From positions 128,001-192,000 of the forward strand of contig CAVVOB010000024.1 of the NCBI GenBank assembly GCA_963749655.1: DNA of 64,000 bases, read 5' to 3'. Under the pieces are notes generated by a model. That model was not told the origin of the DNA. It did no database searches and saw nothing but the letters and a program-made list of their open reading frames with translations. Shown here piece after piece: positions 31,463 to 43,312 of this stretch (within the stretch, counting starts at the first letter, position 1; each line of letters opens with the position of its first letter). The position numbers and the translations under genes are program-made. Source of the stretch: Nitrospirota bacterium. GTDB lineage: Bacteria > Nitrospirota > UBA9217.

Positions 31463-32619
31463 ATGGACTATTTGCTGACAGAGGATCAGATCATGATACG
31501 CGATCTCGCACGGCAGATCGCGGTCGAGAAGATCGTGCCGGTGCGCGCAGAACTGGACGAACAGAACAAGTTTCCGACGGACATCATGAAGGCCATGGCC
31601 CAGGCGGACCTCTTCGGCATCTACATTCCCGAAGAATACGGCGGCCTCGGCAAAAAGAGCCTCGATCTTTATATCGCCATCGAAGAAATATCGAAGGCCT
31701 GCGTCGGAGTTTCCACCAGCTACGCAGCCAATGCCCTCGGCACCTACCCCATCCTGCTCCACGGTTCCGATGCCCAGAAAAAGAAGTATCTGCCCGACAT
31801 CGCGTCGGGAAAAAACCTCGCGGCATTCGGACTGACCGAAGCGAACGCCGGCAGCGACGCCAGCGGCGTACAGACCACGGCCAAGCTCGACGGAAACGAG
31901 TATGTTGCTGAACGGCACGAAGCAATGGATCACGAACGGCGGCGAGGCGGAGATATACACCGTCATCGCCATCACGGACAAGTCAAAGGGCGCCCGCGGC
32001 GCCTCTGCTTTATCGTGGAAAAAGGTACGCCCGGCTTCACCTTCGGGAAGAAAGAAAACAAGATGGGCATCCGCGCATCGTCCACGACCGAACTCATCTT
32101 CAACAACTGCCGCATTCCCAAGGAAAACCTGATCGCCAAGGAAGGCCTGGGATTCATCGTGGCCATGAAGACCCTCGACTGCTCCCGTGCAGGAGTGGGC
32201 GCCCAGGGCGTCGGCGTGGCCCAGGGCGCCATCGACGAGGCATCAAGTTCGCCAAGGGCAGGGTCCAGTTCGGCCAGCCCATCACCTCATTCCAGGCCAT
32301 TCAGCACATGCTTGCGGACATGCAGACCCAGACCGAGGCGGCCCGCGCCCTGGTCTATTCCGTGGCCCGCATGATGGACAGCGGAGCCAAGGACTTCTCC
32401 CGTGCTTCTGCCATGGCAAAGCTCTTCGCCACCGACACCGCCATGAAGGTGACCACCGACGCCGTCCAGATCATGGGCGGTTCGGGCTATATGAAAGAGT
32501 ACCCCGTCGAAAAAATGATGCGCGACGCCAAGATCCTCCAGATCTATGAGGGAACGAACCAGATCCAGCGCAACGTCATCGCCCTCGACATGATCAAGGA
32601 AGCAACGAGACAGAAATAG
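31463..32619 (+). CDS. Acyl-CoA dehydrogenase, short-chain Bcd/CarC-like (frameshifted)
   Basis: Fragments give PEEYGG, AFGLTEANAGSDA, NGTKQWITNG, KMGIRAS, GGSGY, and RDAKILQIYEGTNQIQR. Confidence 0.9.
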
Positions 32620-32709
32620 CAGATACCGAAGCGGTGAGGCGTAAGGAGTAAGGTGAACAAAAGCCTTCGATCGTTTCCGTCTCCCGGTCCTAATGATTCG
32701 GAGAAACCC

Positions 32710-33498
32710 ATGAACATCATCGTTCTTGTCAAACAGGTTCCGGACACATCGGAAGTAAAGATCAACCGGGAGACGAACACGCTCATCCGCGACGGCGTCC
32801 CGAGCATCATCAACCCCTTCGATATGTACGCCATCGAAGAAGCGCTCCGTCTGCGCGAACAACACGGCGGCAAGGTGACGGCCGTGACCATGGGGCCGCC
32901 CCAGGCGGCCGAAGCGCTGAAAGAGGCCGTGGCCATGGGCGTGGACGACGTCGTGCTGCTGTCCGACCGGCGCTTTTGCCGGCGCCGATACCTGGGCCAC
33001 CTCCTATACCCTTTCGCAGGGCATCAAGAAGATCGGCGAGTTACGACCTCATTATTGCGGGCAAGCAGGCCATCGACGGCGACACGGCGCAGGTCGGCCC
33101 GGAGACCGCGGACATGCTCGGCATTCCCTTCGTCGCCTATATAAGGAAGATCGAGCAGGTCGAACGGGAAGAAGATGGTCGTGGAACGCATGATGGACGA
33201 AGGATACGATGTGGTGGAGTCCTCCCTCCCGGCGCTGATAACCGTGGTCAAAGAGATCAACCAGCCGCGGCTGCCCTCGCTGAAGGGCAAAATGAAGGCC
33301 AAAAACCTCAAGGTCACGACCTGGAACGCAAAGATATCGACGCTGACGAGAACATGCTCGGCCTCAAGGGTTCTCCCACGAAGGTCGTCAGGATATTCCC
33401 GCCGGCTCCGCGCGGCCAGCGGGAGATTCTGTCCGGCACGATCGAAGAGCAGGTCGAGCAGGTCGTGAAGAAGTTGAAAGAGCAATCGTTTATTCTAA
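32710..33498 (+). CDS. etfB: Electron transfer flavoprotein beta subunit (frameshifted; end approximate)
   Basis: IVLVKQVPDT, NPFD, TMGPPQA, GKQAIDGDTAQVGP, PRLPS, and GLKGSPTKV across frames. Confidence 0.9.
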
Positions 33499-33586
33499 TG
33501 CAGGATTCAAGTGAAGCAGGATGTGATCATGTCGTCCTTCCCGGCACGGCTTCTGGATTCGGTTGCATCTTTTCAAGGAGCTTCCC

Positions 33587-34780
33587 GTGAGCGTTCAAGT
33601 CATTTCCGACACCTGCACCGGCTGCGAGACCTGTGTCTCCGCCTGCCCCTTCGGCGCCATCGAGATGCGCGACGGCAAGGCCTTCATCACGGAAGGCTGC
33701 ACCCTGTGCGGTGCCTGCATCGAGGCCTGCGAATTCAAGGCCATCGAGCGGACCGGCGAAGAAGCCGTGCCGCGGCAAAGGACCTTTCGGCGTTCAAAGG
33801 CGTCTGGGTCTTTGCAGAACAGCACAAGGGAGAGCATCTCCAGCGTCGCGCTTGAGCTCCTCGGAGAAGGAAGAAAACTGGCCGACAAGCGCAAAACAAA
33901 GCTTTCAGCCGTCTTCATCGGCCACGGCATCAAGGACAAGGCAAAGGACCTCATCGCCTACGGGGCTGACATCGTCTATCTCGCCGATGACCCGGCGCTC
34001 AAGGATTTTAACGACGATTCCTACGCCGCCGTCCTGACCACGCTTGCAACGCAGCACAAACCCGAGATCATCCTCGCCGGCGCAACGGCGATCGGCCGTT
34101 CGTTCTTTCCCAAGGTCGCCGCTAAGCTCTATACCGGACTTACGGCCGACTGCACCGTGCTCGATATCGACGCCGAGACCGGCCACCTGCACCAGACCCG
34201 TCCGGCTTTCGGCGGCAATATCATGGCCACCATCGTCACGCCGAACCACCGGCCCCAGATGGCGACGGTCAGGCACAAGGTCATGAAACCGTCCGTCCGC
34301 GACGATTCCCGGACCGGCGATATCATCACGATCTCATACAATCAGTCGGGCAGCCTGCGCACGAAGGTCCTCAAGACCGTAGAAGAACTGGGCGAGACCG
34401 TGAATATCTGCGAAGCCGACATCATCGTCGCCGGAGGCCGCGGCCTCGGCAGCGCCAAGAACTTCCAGCTGATCGAAGAGCTCGCCAAGGTCCTCGGCGG
34501 CGCTGTCGCGGCAACGCGCGGCGCAGTTGATGAAGGATGGATCCCCTATCCTCACCAGGTGGGACAGACCGGCAAGACCGTCTGCCCCAAGCTCTACATC
34601 GCCTGCGGCATCTCCGGCGCAATCCAGCATGTAGCCGGCATGCAGTCCTCTGAAGTGATCGTCGCCATCAACAAAGACCCCGACGCGCCCATCTTCAACG
34701 TCGCCACTTACGGCATCGTCGGCGACGTCCACGAGGTCCTTCCCATCATGATCAAGAAGATCAAGGAAATGCGGGGATAA
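33587..34780 (+). CDS. etfA: Electron transfer flavoprotein alpha subunit with N-terminal 2[4Fe-4S] ferredoxin domain
   Basis: [12 protein letters not shown] and [11 protein letters not shown], then [20 protein letters not shown] and GISGAIQH. Compensating indels near 33770-33835 hide GVWVFAEQ. Confidence 0.92.
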   Translation: MSVQVISDTCTGCETCVSACPFGAIEMRDGKAFITEGCTLCGACIEACEFKAIERTGEEAVPRQRTFRRSKASGSLQNSTRESISSVALELLGEGRKLADKRKTKLSAVFIGHGIKDKAKDLIAYGADIVYLADDPALKDFNDDSYAAVLTTLATQHKPEIILAGATAIGRSFFPKVAAKLYTGLTADCTVLDIDAETGHLHQTRPAFGGNIMATIVTPNHRPQMATVRHKVMKPSVRDDSRTGDIITISYNQSGSLRTKVLKTVEELGETVNICEADIIVAGGRGLGSAKNFQLIEELAKVLGGAVAATRGAVDEGWIPYPHQVGQTGKTVCPKLYIACGISGAIQHVAGMQSSEVIVAINKDPDAPIFNVATYGIVGDVHEVLPIMIKKIKEMRG

Positions 34781-34781
34781 C

Positions 34782-35718
34782 ATGAAAATCGCCTTCCTTT
34801 TCCCGGCCAGGGCTCTCAGTACGCGGGCATGGCCAAGGAGTTCATCGAACACTTCCACGGAATCCAAGGAGGTCTTCGACAGTGCCAGCCGACGCACTCG
34901 GCTATCGACCTTGCGGACTGTGCATGCACGGCCCTGTCGAGAAGCTGAACCTCACGGAGAACACCCAGCCTGCGATCCTCGCTGCGAGCATCGCCATCCT
35001 GATGCCCCTCGAGCGGAGGGGGCTTTCGGCATCGGCGGCAGCCGGCCACAGCCTCGGCGAGTATACGGCAATAACGGCGGTGGGCGGTTTCGACTTCAAG
35101 GACGCGGTTTCACTGGTCCGGAAGCGCGGCAGTACATGCAGGAGGCCGTTCCCGAGGGAACCGGCCTCATGGCGGCCATCCTCGGCATGGACCGCCAGGA
35201 CGTAGAAAAAACTTGCCTTGAAGCGTCCAAAAATGGTATAGTTGCCCCTGCAAATTACAACACCCCGGGCCAGATCGTCATCGCAGGCGAGAAAAAAGCT
35301 GTTGAAAAGGCCATGGAACTCGCCAAAGTCCGGGGGAGCAAAAAAAGTCGTCCCGCTTGCGGTCAGCGTGCCATCACACTGCTCCTTGATGACAACAGGC
35401 CGGAGAGCGGCTTGTCGCGGGAACTCGAGAACGTCACCATCAGCGACCTCCGCGTCCCGATCGTAAACAACGCCGACGCAAAGTTTCTGAGCAAAGCCTC
35501 GGAGCTGAGACCGTCGCTCATCAGGCAGATCAGCTCTCCGCTCTTCTGGGAAGATTCCATCACGGCAATGGTCGCAGGACGGCTTCGACACCTTCATCGA
35601 GATCGGCCCGGGCAAGGTGCTCTCGGGCCTGGTGAAGCGGATCGCCAAGGACGCCCAGGTGCTGAACGTGGAAGATCAAAAGAGCATGAACGATACGCTC
35701 AGCGCTCTCGGATTATAA
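34782..35718 (+). CDS. fabD: Malonyl-CoA:ACP transacylase (several frameshifts)
   Basis: AFLFP(GQG), TENTQPA, GHSLGEY, ANYN.PGQIVIAG, LAVSVPSH, and FIEIGPGKVL across frames. Confidence 0.9.
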
Positions 35719-35739
35719 CAACGGGATCAGGAGCTTGAA

Positions 35740-36795
<1,056 letters not shown>

Positions 36796-37064
36796 GCATC
36801 AGATAATCAAGAATACGGACGGCGGGAGAGGGTTCGAAGCATAAGCAACGGCCTTTCATCAGCGCTCCCTCCTCTGTGTTCTGCACCACTTCCAAAAGCC
36901 AGAAGACCTCTCCCGCATGCACAGGGACCGGTTTTTTGGCTTTTCGGATTTTTTCTCCGTAAAAAAGTGAGGCCCCGATTTTTGTCGGCCGGCCGGCGCT
37001 GTTCGTATATATTTTTCATCCGTCAGGCTTCCCTGAACGGAACCCAGGCAGGAGGTATCCTCTT

Positions 37065-38308
37065 TTGAAGAAAAGAGTTGTTGTCACCGGCGTCGGGATG
37101 ATCACTCCCGTCGGTCTCGATACGGAAACAAGCTGGGACAGGCCTCGATCAACGGCAAATCCGGCATCGGCCCGATCACCCAGTTCGATGATAAGACCAT
37201 CCCGACCCAGATCGCGGGCGAGATCCACGGATTCGAGCCGGAAAAGTACATCGAGCCCAAAGAGATAAAAAAGATGGACCGGTTCATCCATCTGGCCATC
37301 GCGGCAAGCCAGATGGCCATGGACATGTCCGGTCTCAAGATCACACCGGAGAACGCCGACCGCGTCGGCGTCATCGTCAGCGCGGGCATCGGCGGCCTGC
37401 CGGCCATCGAGAAATACCACAAGGTCTATCTCGAACGGGGCATCCGCAAGATAACGCCCTTCTTCATCCCCATGCTGATCATCAACGAATCGGCGGGCAT
37501 GATATCGATCCGCTACGGCGCCAAAGGCCCCAACATCTGCGTCGTCACGGCCTGCGCCACGGGGACCCATTCGATCGGCGACGCCTTCAAGTGGATCCAG
37601 CGCGGCGACGCTGATGCCATGATCGCCGGCGGCACGGAATCCTGCATCTGCCCGACCGGCGTAGGCGGTTTCAACGCCATGAAGGCGCTTTCAACACGAA
37701 ACGACGAGCCGGAGCGCGCGAGCCGTCCCTTCGATGCGGAACGCGACGGATTCATCATGGGTGAGGGCTCCGGCGTCGTCATCCTCGAGGAAATGGAGTT
37801 CGCGCTGAAACGCGGCGCGCGCATCTATGCCGAGGTTGTCGGCTACGGGGCCACGGGCGACGCCTATCACATTACGTCGCCGGCGCCGAACGGCGAAGGA
37901 GCCGCGCGGTGCATGAAGATGGCGATCAAGGACGCGGGAATCGCTCCGACGGAGATGGGCTACATCAACGCCCACGGCACATCCACCAAGTTCGGCGACG
38001 AGCTCGAAACAACGGCCATCAAGACCGTGTTCGGCGACTTCGCTTACAAGATACCGGTCAGTTCCACGAAATCCATGACCGGCCATCTGCTCGGCGCGGC
38101 CGGCGGCGTGGAAGCGGTCATCACGGTCCTCGCGCTTGACCGCGGGATGCTGCCTCCGACGATCAATCTCGACAACCCTGATCCGGAGTGCGACCTTGAT
38201 TATATCCCGAATAAAGCGCGGCACACGCAGGTGGACGTTGCCATGTCGAACTCCTTCGGCTTCGGCGGTACGAATGCCTGCCTGGTCTTCAAAAGATTCC
38301 GGAGCTAA
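37065..38308 (+). CDS. fabF: 3-oxoacyl-ACP synthase II (frameshift near 37140)
   Basis: [40 protein letters not shown], and SNSFGFGG. Confidence 0.95.
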
Positions 38309-38309
38309 G

Positions 38310-39002
38310 ATGCCGCTCCTATCGGACATTCAACTGCGGATCAGCCACCGTTTCCGCGACCAGGAGCTGCTCGAACGCGCCCTGACGCACAAGTCCTATG
38401 CTAATGAGAACCGGGTCCCTGCTCACAACGAACGGCTCGAGTTCCTGGGCGACGCCGTTCTCAGCCTCATCGTCAGCGAACACCTGATGAAAAACTGTCC
38501 GGACTCGACCGAGGGGGACCTCTCCCGCCTCCGGGCTGCCGTCGTGAGCGAGCCGGCGCTTGCCGCTGTTGCGCGCGACATCGGCCTCGGCAGTTATCTC
38601 CTGCTCGGCAAAGGAGAGGAACAGACCGGCGGCAGAGACAAGGATTCCCTGCTCGCGAACTGCCTTGAAGCGCTCATCGCATCCGTCTACCTCGATGGGG
38701 GCCTGCCTGTCGCCGAAGCCCTGGTCATCCGCCTTTTCGAAAAAACGGTCCAAAGGACCTGCACCTCCCGGGGCACCCTCGACTACAAAACGGAGCTCCA
38801 GGAGCTGAGTCAGGAGCGCATGAAACAGCTCCCTGAATACCGGATCGTGTCCGAAACCGGTCCTGACCATCAGAAGCAGTTCACCGTAGAGCTCTCCATC
38901 AACAGTGAAATCTGCGGCCGCGGCACAGGCAGGAGTAAAAAGGATGCGGAGCAGAAAGCGGCCAGGGAAGCGCTGAAAAAACTGACTGGCCGGGAAGCGT
39001 GA
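38310..39002 (+). CDS. rnc: Ribonuclease III
   Basis: ALTHKS, NERLEFLGDAVL, and dsRBD (DYKTELQE, GPDH, SKKDAEQ.AA). Confidence 0.97.
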   Translation: MPLLSDIQLRISHRFRDQELLERALTHKSYANENRVPAHNERLEFLGDAVLSLIVSEHLMKNCPDSTEGDLSRLRAAVVSEPALAAVARDIGLGSYLLLGKGEEQTGGRDKDSLLANCLEALIASVYLDGGLPVAEALVIRLFEKTVQRTCTSRGTLDYKTELQELSQERMKQLPEYRIVSETGPDHQKQFTVELSINSEICGRGTGRSKKDAEQKAAREALKKLTGREA

Positions 39003-39100
39003 TTGCGGATTGTGCATCTCAACAACGTGCGGATCATGCCGTGCAATCAGCGAATTTCCCCCATTTCTAAATCCGCATTTTCGACATAAAGCAACGTGAC

Positions 39101-40114
39101 ATGATCATCCCATTCTTCATCACCCACGCCGGATGTCCGCACCAATGTGTGTTCTGCAACCAGAAGAATATCGTCGGCCAATATGAACCGGAAACGCCTG
39201 CAGCCGTATCCCATAAAATAGACGCTTATCTGGGACAACACAGCTCGCCGGAGTCCGTTTACGTTGCCTTCTACGGTGGAACGTTTACGGCCCTTCCGCT
39301 GGAGATGCAAAACTCCTACCTCGAATCCGTCATGCCGTTCATCCGCGACGGCCGCGTCCGGAGCACCAGGGTTTCCACCCGTCCTGATTGCCTGAGCCGT
39401 GAAAAAATTCAGTTTCTCAAGGCCGGTCATGTGGCCGTCGTGGAGCTGGGCATCCAGTCCATGGACGATCGTGTCCTTGAGCTTTCCGGCCGCGGCCACA
39501 CCGCAGAGGATGCGCGGAATGCCGTGGCCTTGTTAAAGGAATTCGGCATGGGCGTCGGCTTGCAGCTCATGCCCGGACTGCCCGGTGATTCTGAAGTTCT
39601 GTTCTCGGAAACCGTTGACAAAGTCCTTCAGCTCAAGCCTGATGCTGTCCGTCTTTATCCCGCGGTCGTTATCAAAGGCACCCCGCTCGAGGAGCTGTAC
39701 CTCGCGCGGCGATACATTCCGCTGACGCTGGAACAGGCCGTTGCCGTCTGCCGGGATGCCCTGGCGAAATTCAGGCGAGCCGGCATCCCGGTCATCCGCA
39801 TGGGACTGCAGCCGTGCGTTGAGCTGGAAACGCCGGGTACGGTCCTTGACGGTCCGTTCCATCCTGCCTTTGGCCAGCTTGTGGAATCTGCTCTCTTCCT
39901 GGAGAACATGCGGATTGAAGTGCGCAGCCGGGAAAAATACGTTGGCAACACCGCTGTTTTTCTGGTGCACCCCAGGGATATCTCTACAGCAACAGGGCAG
40001 CGGCGTTCAAATATCGATGCGTTGAGGAAAGAGTTCGGATTTCAGGCTGTGCGTATCAGGGGAGACTGTGTCGTTCCGGCCGGGGGGACGCCTATCCTTC
40101 TTTCAGTTTCTTGA
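39101..40114 (+). CDS. Radical SAM protein, Elp3/YhcC-like
   Basis: GCPHQCVFC, FYGGTFT, STRPD, ELGIQS, and QLMPGLPG. Confidence 0.88.
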   Translation: MIIPFFITHAGCPHQCVFCNQKNIVGQYEPETPAAVSHKIDAYLGQHSSPESVYVAFYGGTFTALPLEMQNSYLESVMPFIRDGRVRSTRVSTRPDCLSREKIQFLKAGHVAVVELGIQSMDDRVLELSGRGHTAEDARNAVALLKEFGMGVGLQLMPGLPGDSEVLFSETVDKVLQLKPDAVRLYPAVVIKGTPLEELYLARRYIPLTLEQAVAVCRDALAKFRRAGIPVIRMGLQPCVELETPGTVLDGPFHPAFGQLVESALFLENMRIEVRSREKYVGNTAVFLVHPRDISTATGQRRSNIDALRKEFGFQAVRIRGDCVVPAGGTPILLSVS

Positions 40115-40391
40115 GAAGGAACAGGCTGAGTTGAAATTTTTTGCCTTCTTCTTCCAGCACGAGCTTGTAAAAATCGCACTTCTCGCAATGCTCGTATTTT
40201 TTCGCAAAGGTACCCTGGATTTCGCCCGCGCACATCGTTCCCGCAACAACCCAGCATGCCCTCCCGGCGTTCCTGCCGTCATGGGTTCCCTGCAGCTTTT
40301 TCTCCGTTGCCGAAGGGCAAATACCGAGGTCTTCATGGTTGCCGCCGGGCTCACGGCCGCATTTCTTTACTTCCCAGCAATTCTTCTTCAT
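40092..40391 (-). CDS. Small Cys-rich two-CW domain protein
   Basis: NCWEVKKCGR...ICP...AGRACWVVAGTMC...CEKCDFY. Confidence 0.75.
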   Translation of the reverse strand: MKKNCWEVKKCGREPGGNHEDLGICPSATEKKLQGTHDGRNAGRACWVVAGTMCAGEIQGTFAKKYEHCEKCDFYKLVLEEEGKKFQLSLFLLKKLKEG

Positions 40392-40550
40392 CGTAGCTCT
40401 CGTTTCTTGCAGGTTTGAGCCCATTCCGGCATCCGGATTTTAACGACAGGCAAGACCGGCCACGCTTCAGGATCGATACGCCAGGAGAATAGAAATCAGG
40501 AAAACGGGAAAGAGTGTGGGGAACCGACGAAATCCCTTCAGGGACTTCGC

Positions 40551-40739
40551 TCACACCGGTTCTACAACAATGCGGTTTTTGACGAGCGAGACCTCGCGCA
40601 CTTCGCCTTGCACCTTCTTTTCCTCACCGAACAGATTTCGAAAAACGACCTGGCCTTTTTCAGCGCTGACCTGGTTTACTGATTCGAGAACGAGTTCTTC
40701 TTTTCCATTCTTTCTGATATACGCCTTGAGATCGCACAT
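40551..40739 (-). CDS. cooT: CooT family nickel-binding protein
   Basis: 62 aa: MCDLKAY...EELVLESV...NLFGEEKKV.G...EVSL..NRIVV; Cys2 is the CooT Ni ligand. AGGAG RBS. Confidence 0.85.
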   Translation of the reverse strand: MCDLKAYIRKNGKEELVLESVNQVSAEKGQVVFRNLFGEEKKVQGEVREVSLVKNRIVVEPV

Positions 40740-40766
40740 GCGCTCCAGCTCCTGCCCGCTCACCTG

Positions 40767-40796
40767 AAAAAAAAACGCCGCAATCACGACTCGGCG
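40767..40796 (-). terminator. Intrinsic terminator in the cooT 5' leader
   Basis: Minus strand CGCCGAGTCGTGATTGCGGCG followed by T9, ending 27 nt before the ATG. Confidence 0.75.
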
Positions 40797-40890
40797 GAGT
40801 ATCTTCTGGAAGTCTTGCTGCTCTCCGGAGGCGGTTGGCCGCGAAGAGCTGCTGTTCTTTGTATCATACCGCGGCACTCCGCCATATAGG

Positions 40891-40986
40891 CCAGCGTCCC
40901 GCAGGGAGATTTCTGTATTCGTCCGCCCCGGGACGACTGCATGTCCCTGTTCTTTTCCACCGACCGCTTCATAACCACTCCGCTGA
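40891..40986 (-). ncRNA. Candidate NiCo-like metal riboswitch aptamer
   Basis: Four-way junction: P1 UCAGCG/CGCUGG, AUG..CAUGCAGUC, GUCC/GGAC stem, and CAG..CUG followed by CGGGAC. This resembles the NiCo CAUGCAGCC...CAG..CUGUGGGACAG layout (compared from memory). Confidence 0.5.
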
Positions 40987-41007
40987 AAAATCATCCGTCC
41001 TTGTTCT

Positions 41008-41036
41008 TCTATAACATAAGCTCCGGGAGAAATCAA
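41008..41036 (-). promoter_or_regulatory. sigma70-type promoter for the cooT leader
   Basis: TTGATT-N17-TATAGA with an extended -10 TG. Confidence 0.55.
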
Positions 41037-41154
41037 GGGAAATTACCTAACAGCGTTTTCGCAGTCCCTTATTCCCTGATGAACACCGCCGGAAATACAT
41101 GCCCCGTGAAACATCATCGCTTTTCAACGTTACAAATCTGCACCCGTTCGGTCG

Positions 41155-41271
41155 GTGGAGCCCCCTCCGGCATCCCGACTTGCCGGGACTAAAATTGACG
41201 CGACTTCCCACCTGCACCCGGCGTTTACGAGTGCGGGTGCACGGAGTGCCAGGTGGAACTGCGAACTCGCG
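41155..41271. repeat. Structured intergenic element, copy B
   Basis: Same three sequence blocks as 18974-19043, with different inserted hairpins. Confidence 0.65.
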
Positions 41272-41392
41272 GGATTGCAAAAACATCATCCGGCCGGCAA
41301 CAAATCGATGCGACGTTCTCACCGTTTTCATCGCAATAGCCTGACACCGTGCGATGTTCCCGGAATCCTGGCAATACAGAAACGTAACCGGT

Positions 41393-42237
41393 CTAATCCA
41401 TGAAGACATAGTCCGTGTCGTGGTCCGTAACCATTCCCGGTCCGGTCTGATCGGGAATGAGAGGAAGAAGCTACCTTGTACGGATAGCGGGACAGGCCTG
41501 CAAGCTGTTCGGGAATGCCCCTTTTCCAGGCGTGCCCGATGCCGGCCAGCACGACCATGGTTCTTCCCGGATTTTTTTCCAGATACTCCATGATATGCCA
41601 CGCCATGGTTTTGTCCCACACCATCTGTGCTTCGCAGAAGTTCAGGAATGTTTTGTCGCTCTTCGGCGAATGGCCAGCATAGGCTTTTCTGATGAACTCC
41701 ATGTAGGTGGGATCGACGTTGCAGCTGATGCCTTGCGGGAGCTGACTTTTCTGGCGCGCATTCAGGGACGCGAATCCCCTCCTCGCAATGGCGTCCGCAA
41801 TATCGTCAGGTATATTCAAACCTATCACCGGAATCCTGTATTGCCGAAGGTACTCGAATATATCGCGATAGAGCGGCCATGGTTCACTCCAGTTGTCGTA
41901 ATAGGCAGGAAGAAAATCATGGGTCTTCAGCGAGCCGTCGATCCATTGGGCCAGGACTTTATTATTCTCCGAACGGAACATCTCAATCCCCACAGCCAGC
42001 GGCGTGCCCGCCTTATGAAGAGCCCGGATGACGGCGAGCTCGTCGCGGTGGTGATCCGCGATGTCATGCACCTCGCCGACGAAAACGATCTTTGCCAGTT
42101 CGCACATCGCTGATCATGTTATCGAAAGGGATCTTCTTCCCGTCGCTTGCGCGAAACACCCTCTCATCGGGGACCAGCCAGGCGGCAAGGGCAAAACAGA
42201 CGAATACGGACAGAATAATGAACGCTTTTATCTTCAT
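41393..42237 (-). CDS. ChaN family (DUF399, iron-regulated haem-binding) protein (frameshifted)
   Basis: VFVGEVHD..DHH, AVGIEMF, LYRDIF, EAQMVWDKTMA, and VLAG.GH; the N- and C-termini lie in other frames. Confidence 0.8.
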
Positions 42238-42426
42238 ACTGTAATTGTTACGCCTCTTTGCAGCAATGTCAAGGATGAGATATGATGAATGCATGATCAC
42301 CATCACGCGCTCACCAAAGAGACATCATTGAACATCCTCATGGAGTGAGCTAGAATCTAGAGAAGGGAAAAAACCGAGTCGATCGTGCGGCGTCGGACAG
42401 CGTGCCGCACGGACAAGGGAGGATAT

Positions 42427-43290
42427 ATGAAAATAGGTTTCGTCGGACTTGGCATCATGGGCAGCCGCATGGCCGCCAATCTGCAAAAGAAAGGACATGA
42501 GCTGGTAGTCTATAACCGGACCCGGCAGAAGGCCGATGCGCTCGTGGCCAACGGAGCCCTCTGGGCCCCGACGCCGGCGGACCTGGCTAAACAGGTTACG
42601 GTCCTCATTACCATGCTTTCCAAACCCGATGCCGTGGCTGAAGCGGCCCTTCTCGGCAAGTACGGATTCCTGAACCATCTTGGAGACAACGCCCTCTGGA
42701 TCGATTGCAGCACCGTGAATCCCTCATTCTCCCGGCTCATGGCCGCCGAAGCCAGGCAACGCAAGGTCAGGTTCATCGACGCGCCGGTAGGGGGTTCGAA
42801 GGGACCTGCCGAACAGGGACAGCTGCTCTTTTTCGTGGGTGGGGAAAAAAAAGACGTTGACGAGGTCCGGCCGCTGTTCGAAGCAATGGGGAAGGCGGTT
42901 TTTCACCTGGGCGGCAACGGCATGGGAACGGCTATGAAAATGGTGAACAACATCGTTCTTGCACAGGCAATGGCCGCCTTTTCCGAGGCGCTGGTCCTCG
43001 GGGAATCGCTCGGACTGACCAGAGAAACGCTGTTCAACACGCTCCTGAACTCTCCTGTTACGGCACCGTTCCTCGCTTTCAAGAGGACAAAACTTGAACA
43101 GGGAAACTTCGACGCCGAGTTCCCGCTCCTGTGGATGCATAAGGACCTGCAGCTTGCAGCCGATACCGCCTATGAAACCGGCGCGGTCCTGCCCCTGGCA
43201 AGCGCGACGAAGGAAATCTACGGGATGGCGGTCAAAAACGGACTCGGAGAACAGGATTTTTCAGCGGTGTTCAAAGTATTGAGCAAATAG
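42427..43290 (+). CDS. NAD(P)-dependent beta-hydroxyacid dehydrogenase (3-hydroxyisobutyrate/tartronate semialdehyde reductase family)
   Basis: GFVGLGIMG, DAPVGGS, KMVNN, and KDL. Confidence 0.92.
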   Translation: MKIGFVGLGIMGSRMAANLQKKGHELVVYNRTRQKADALVANGALWAPTPADLAKQVTVLITMLSKPDAVAEAALLGKYGFLNHLGDNALWIDCSTVNPSFSRLMAAEARQRKVRFIDAPVGGSKGPAEQGQLLFFVGGEKKDVDEVRPLFEAMGKAVFHLGGNGMGTAMKMVNNIVLAQAMAAFSEALVLGESLGLTRETLFNTLLNSPVTAPFLAFKRTKLEQGNFDAEFPLLWMHKDLQLAADTAYETGAVLPLASATKEIYGMAVKNGLGEQDFSAVFKVLSK

Positions 43291-43312
43291 GCCTTCTTCC
43301 GAAGCCCGGCTG

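Noticed and set aside
40740-41036. 161-aa ORF extending cooT upstream; also a yybP-ykoY riboswitch reading (AGCAAGAC)
   Set aside because: CooT needs Cys at position 2 and has its own RBS, and the extension crosses a terminator. The yybP GGGGAGUA and P3 motifs are missing.
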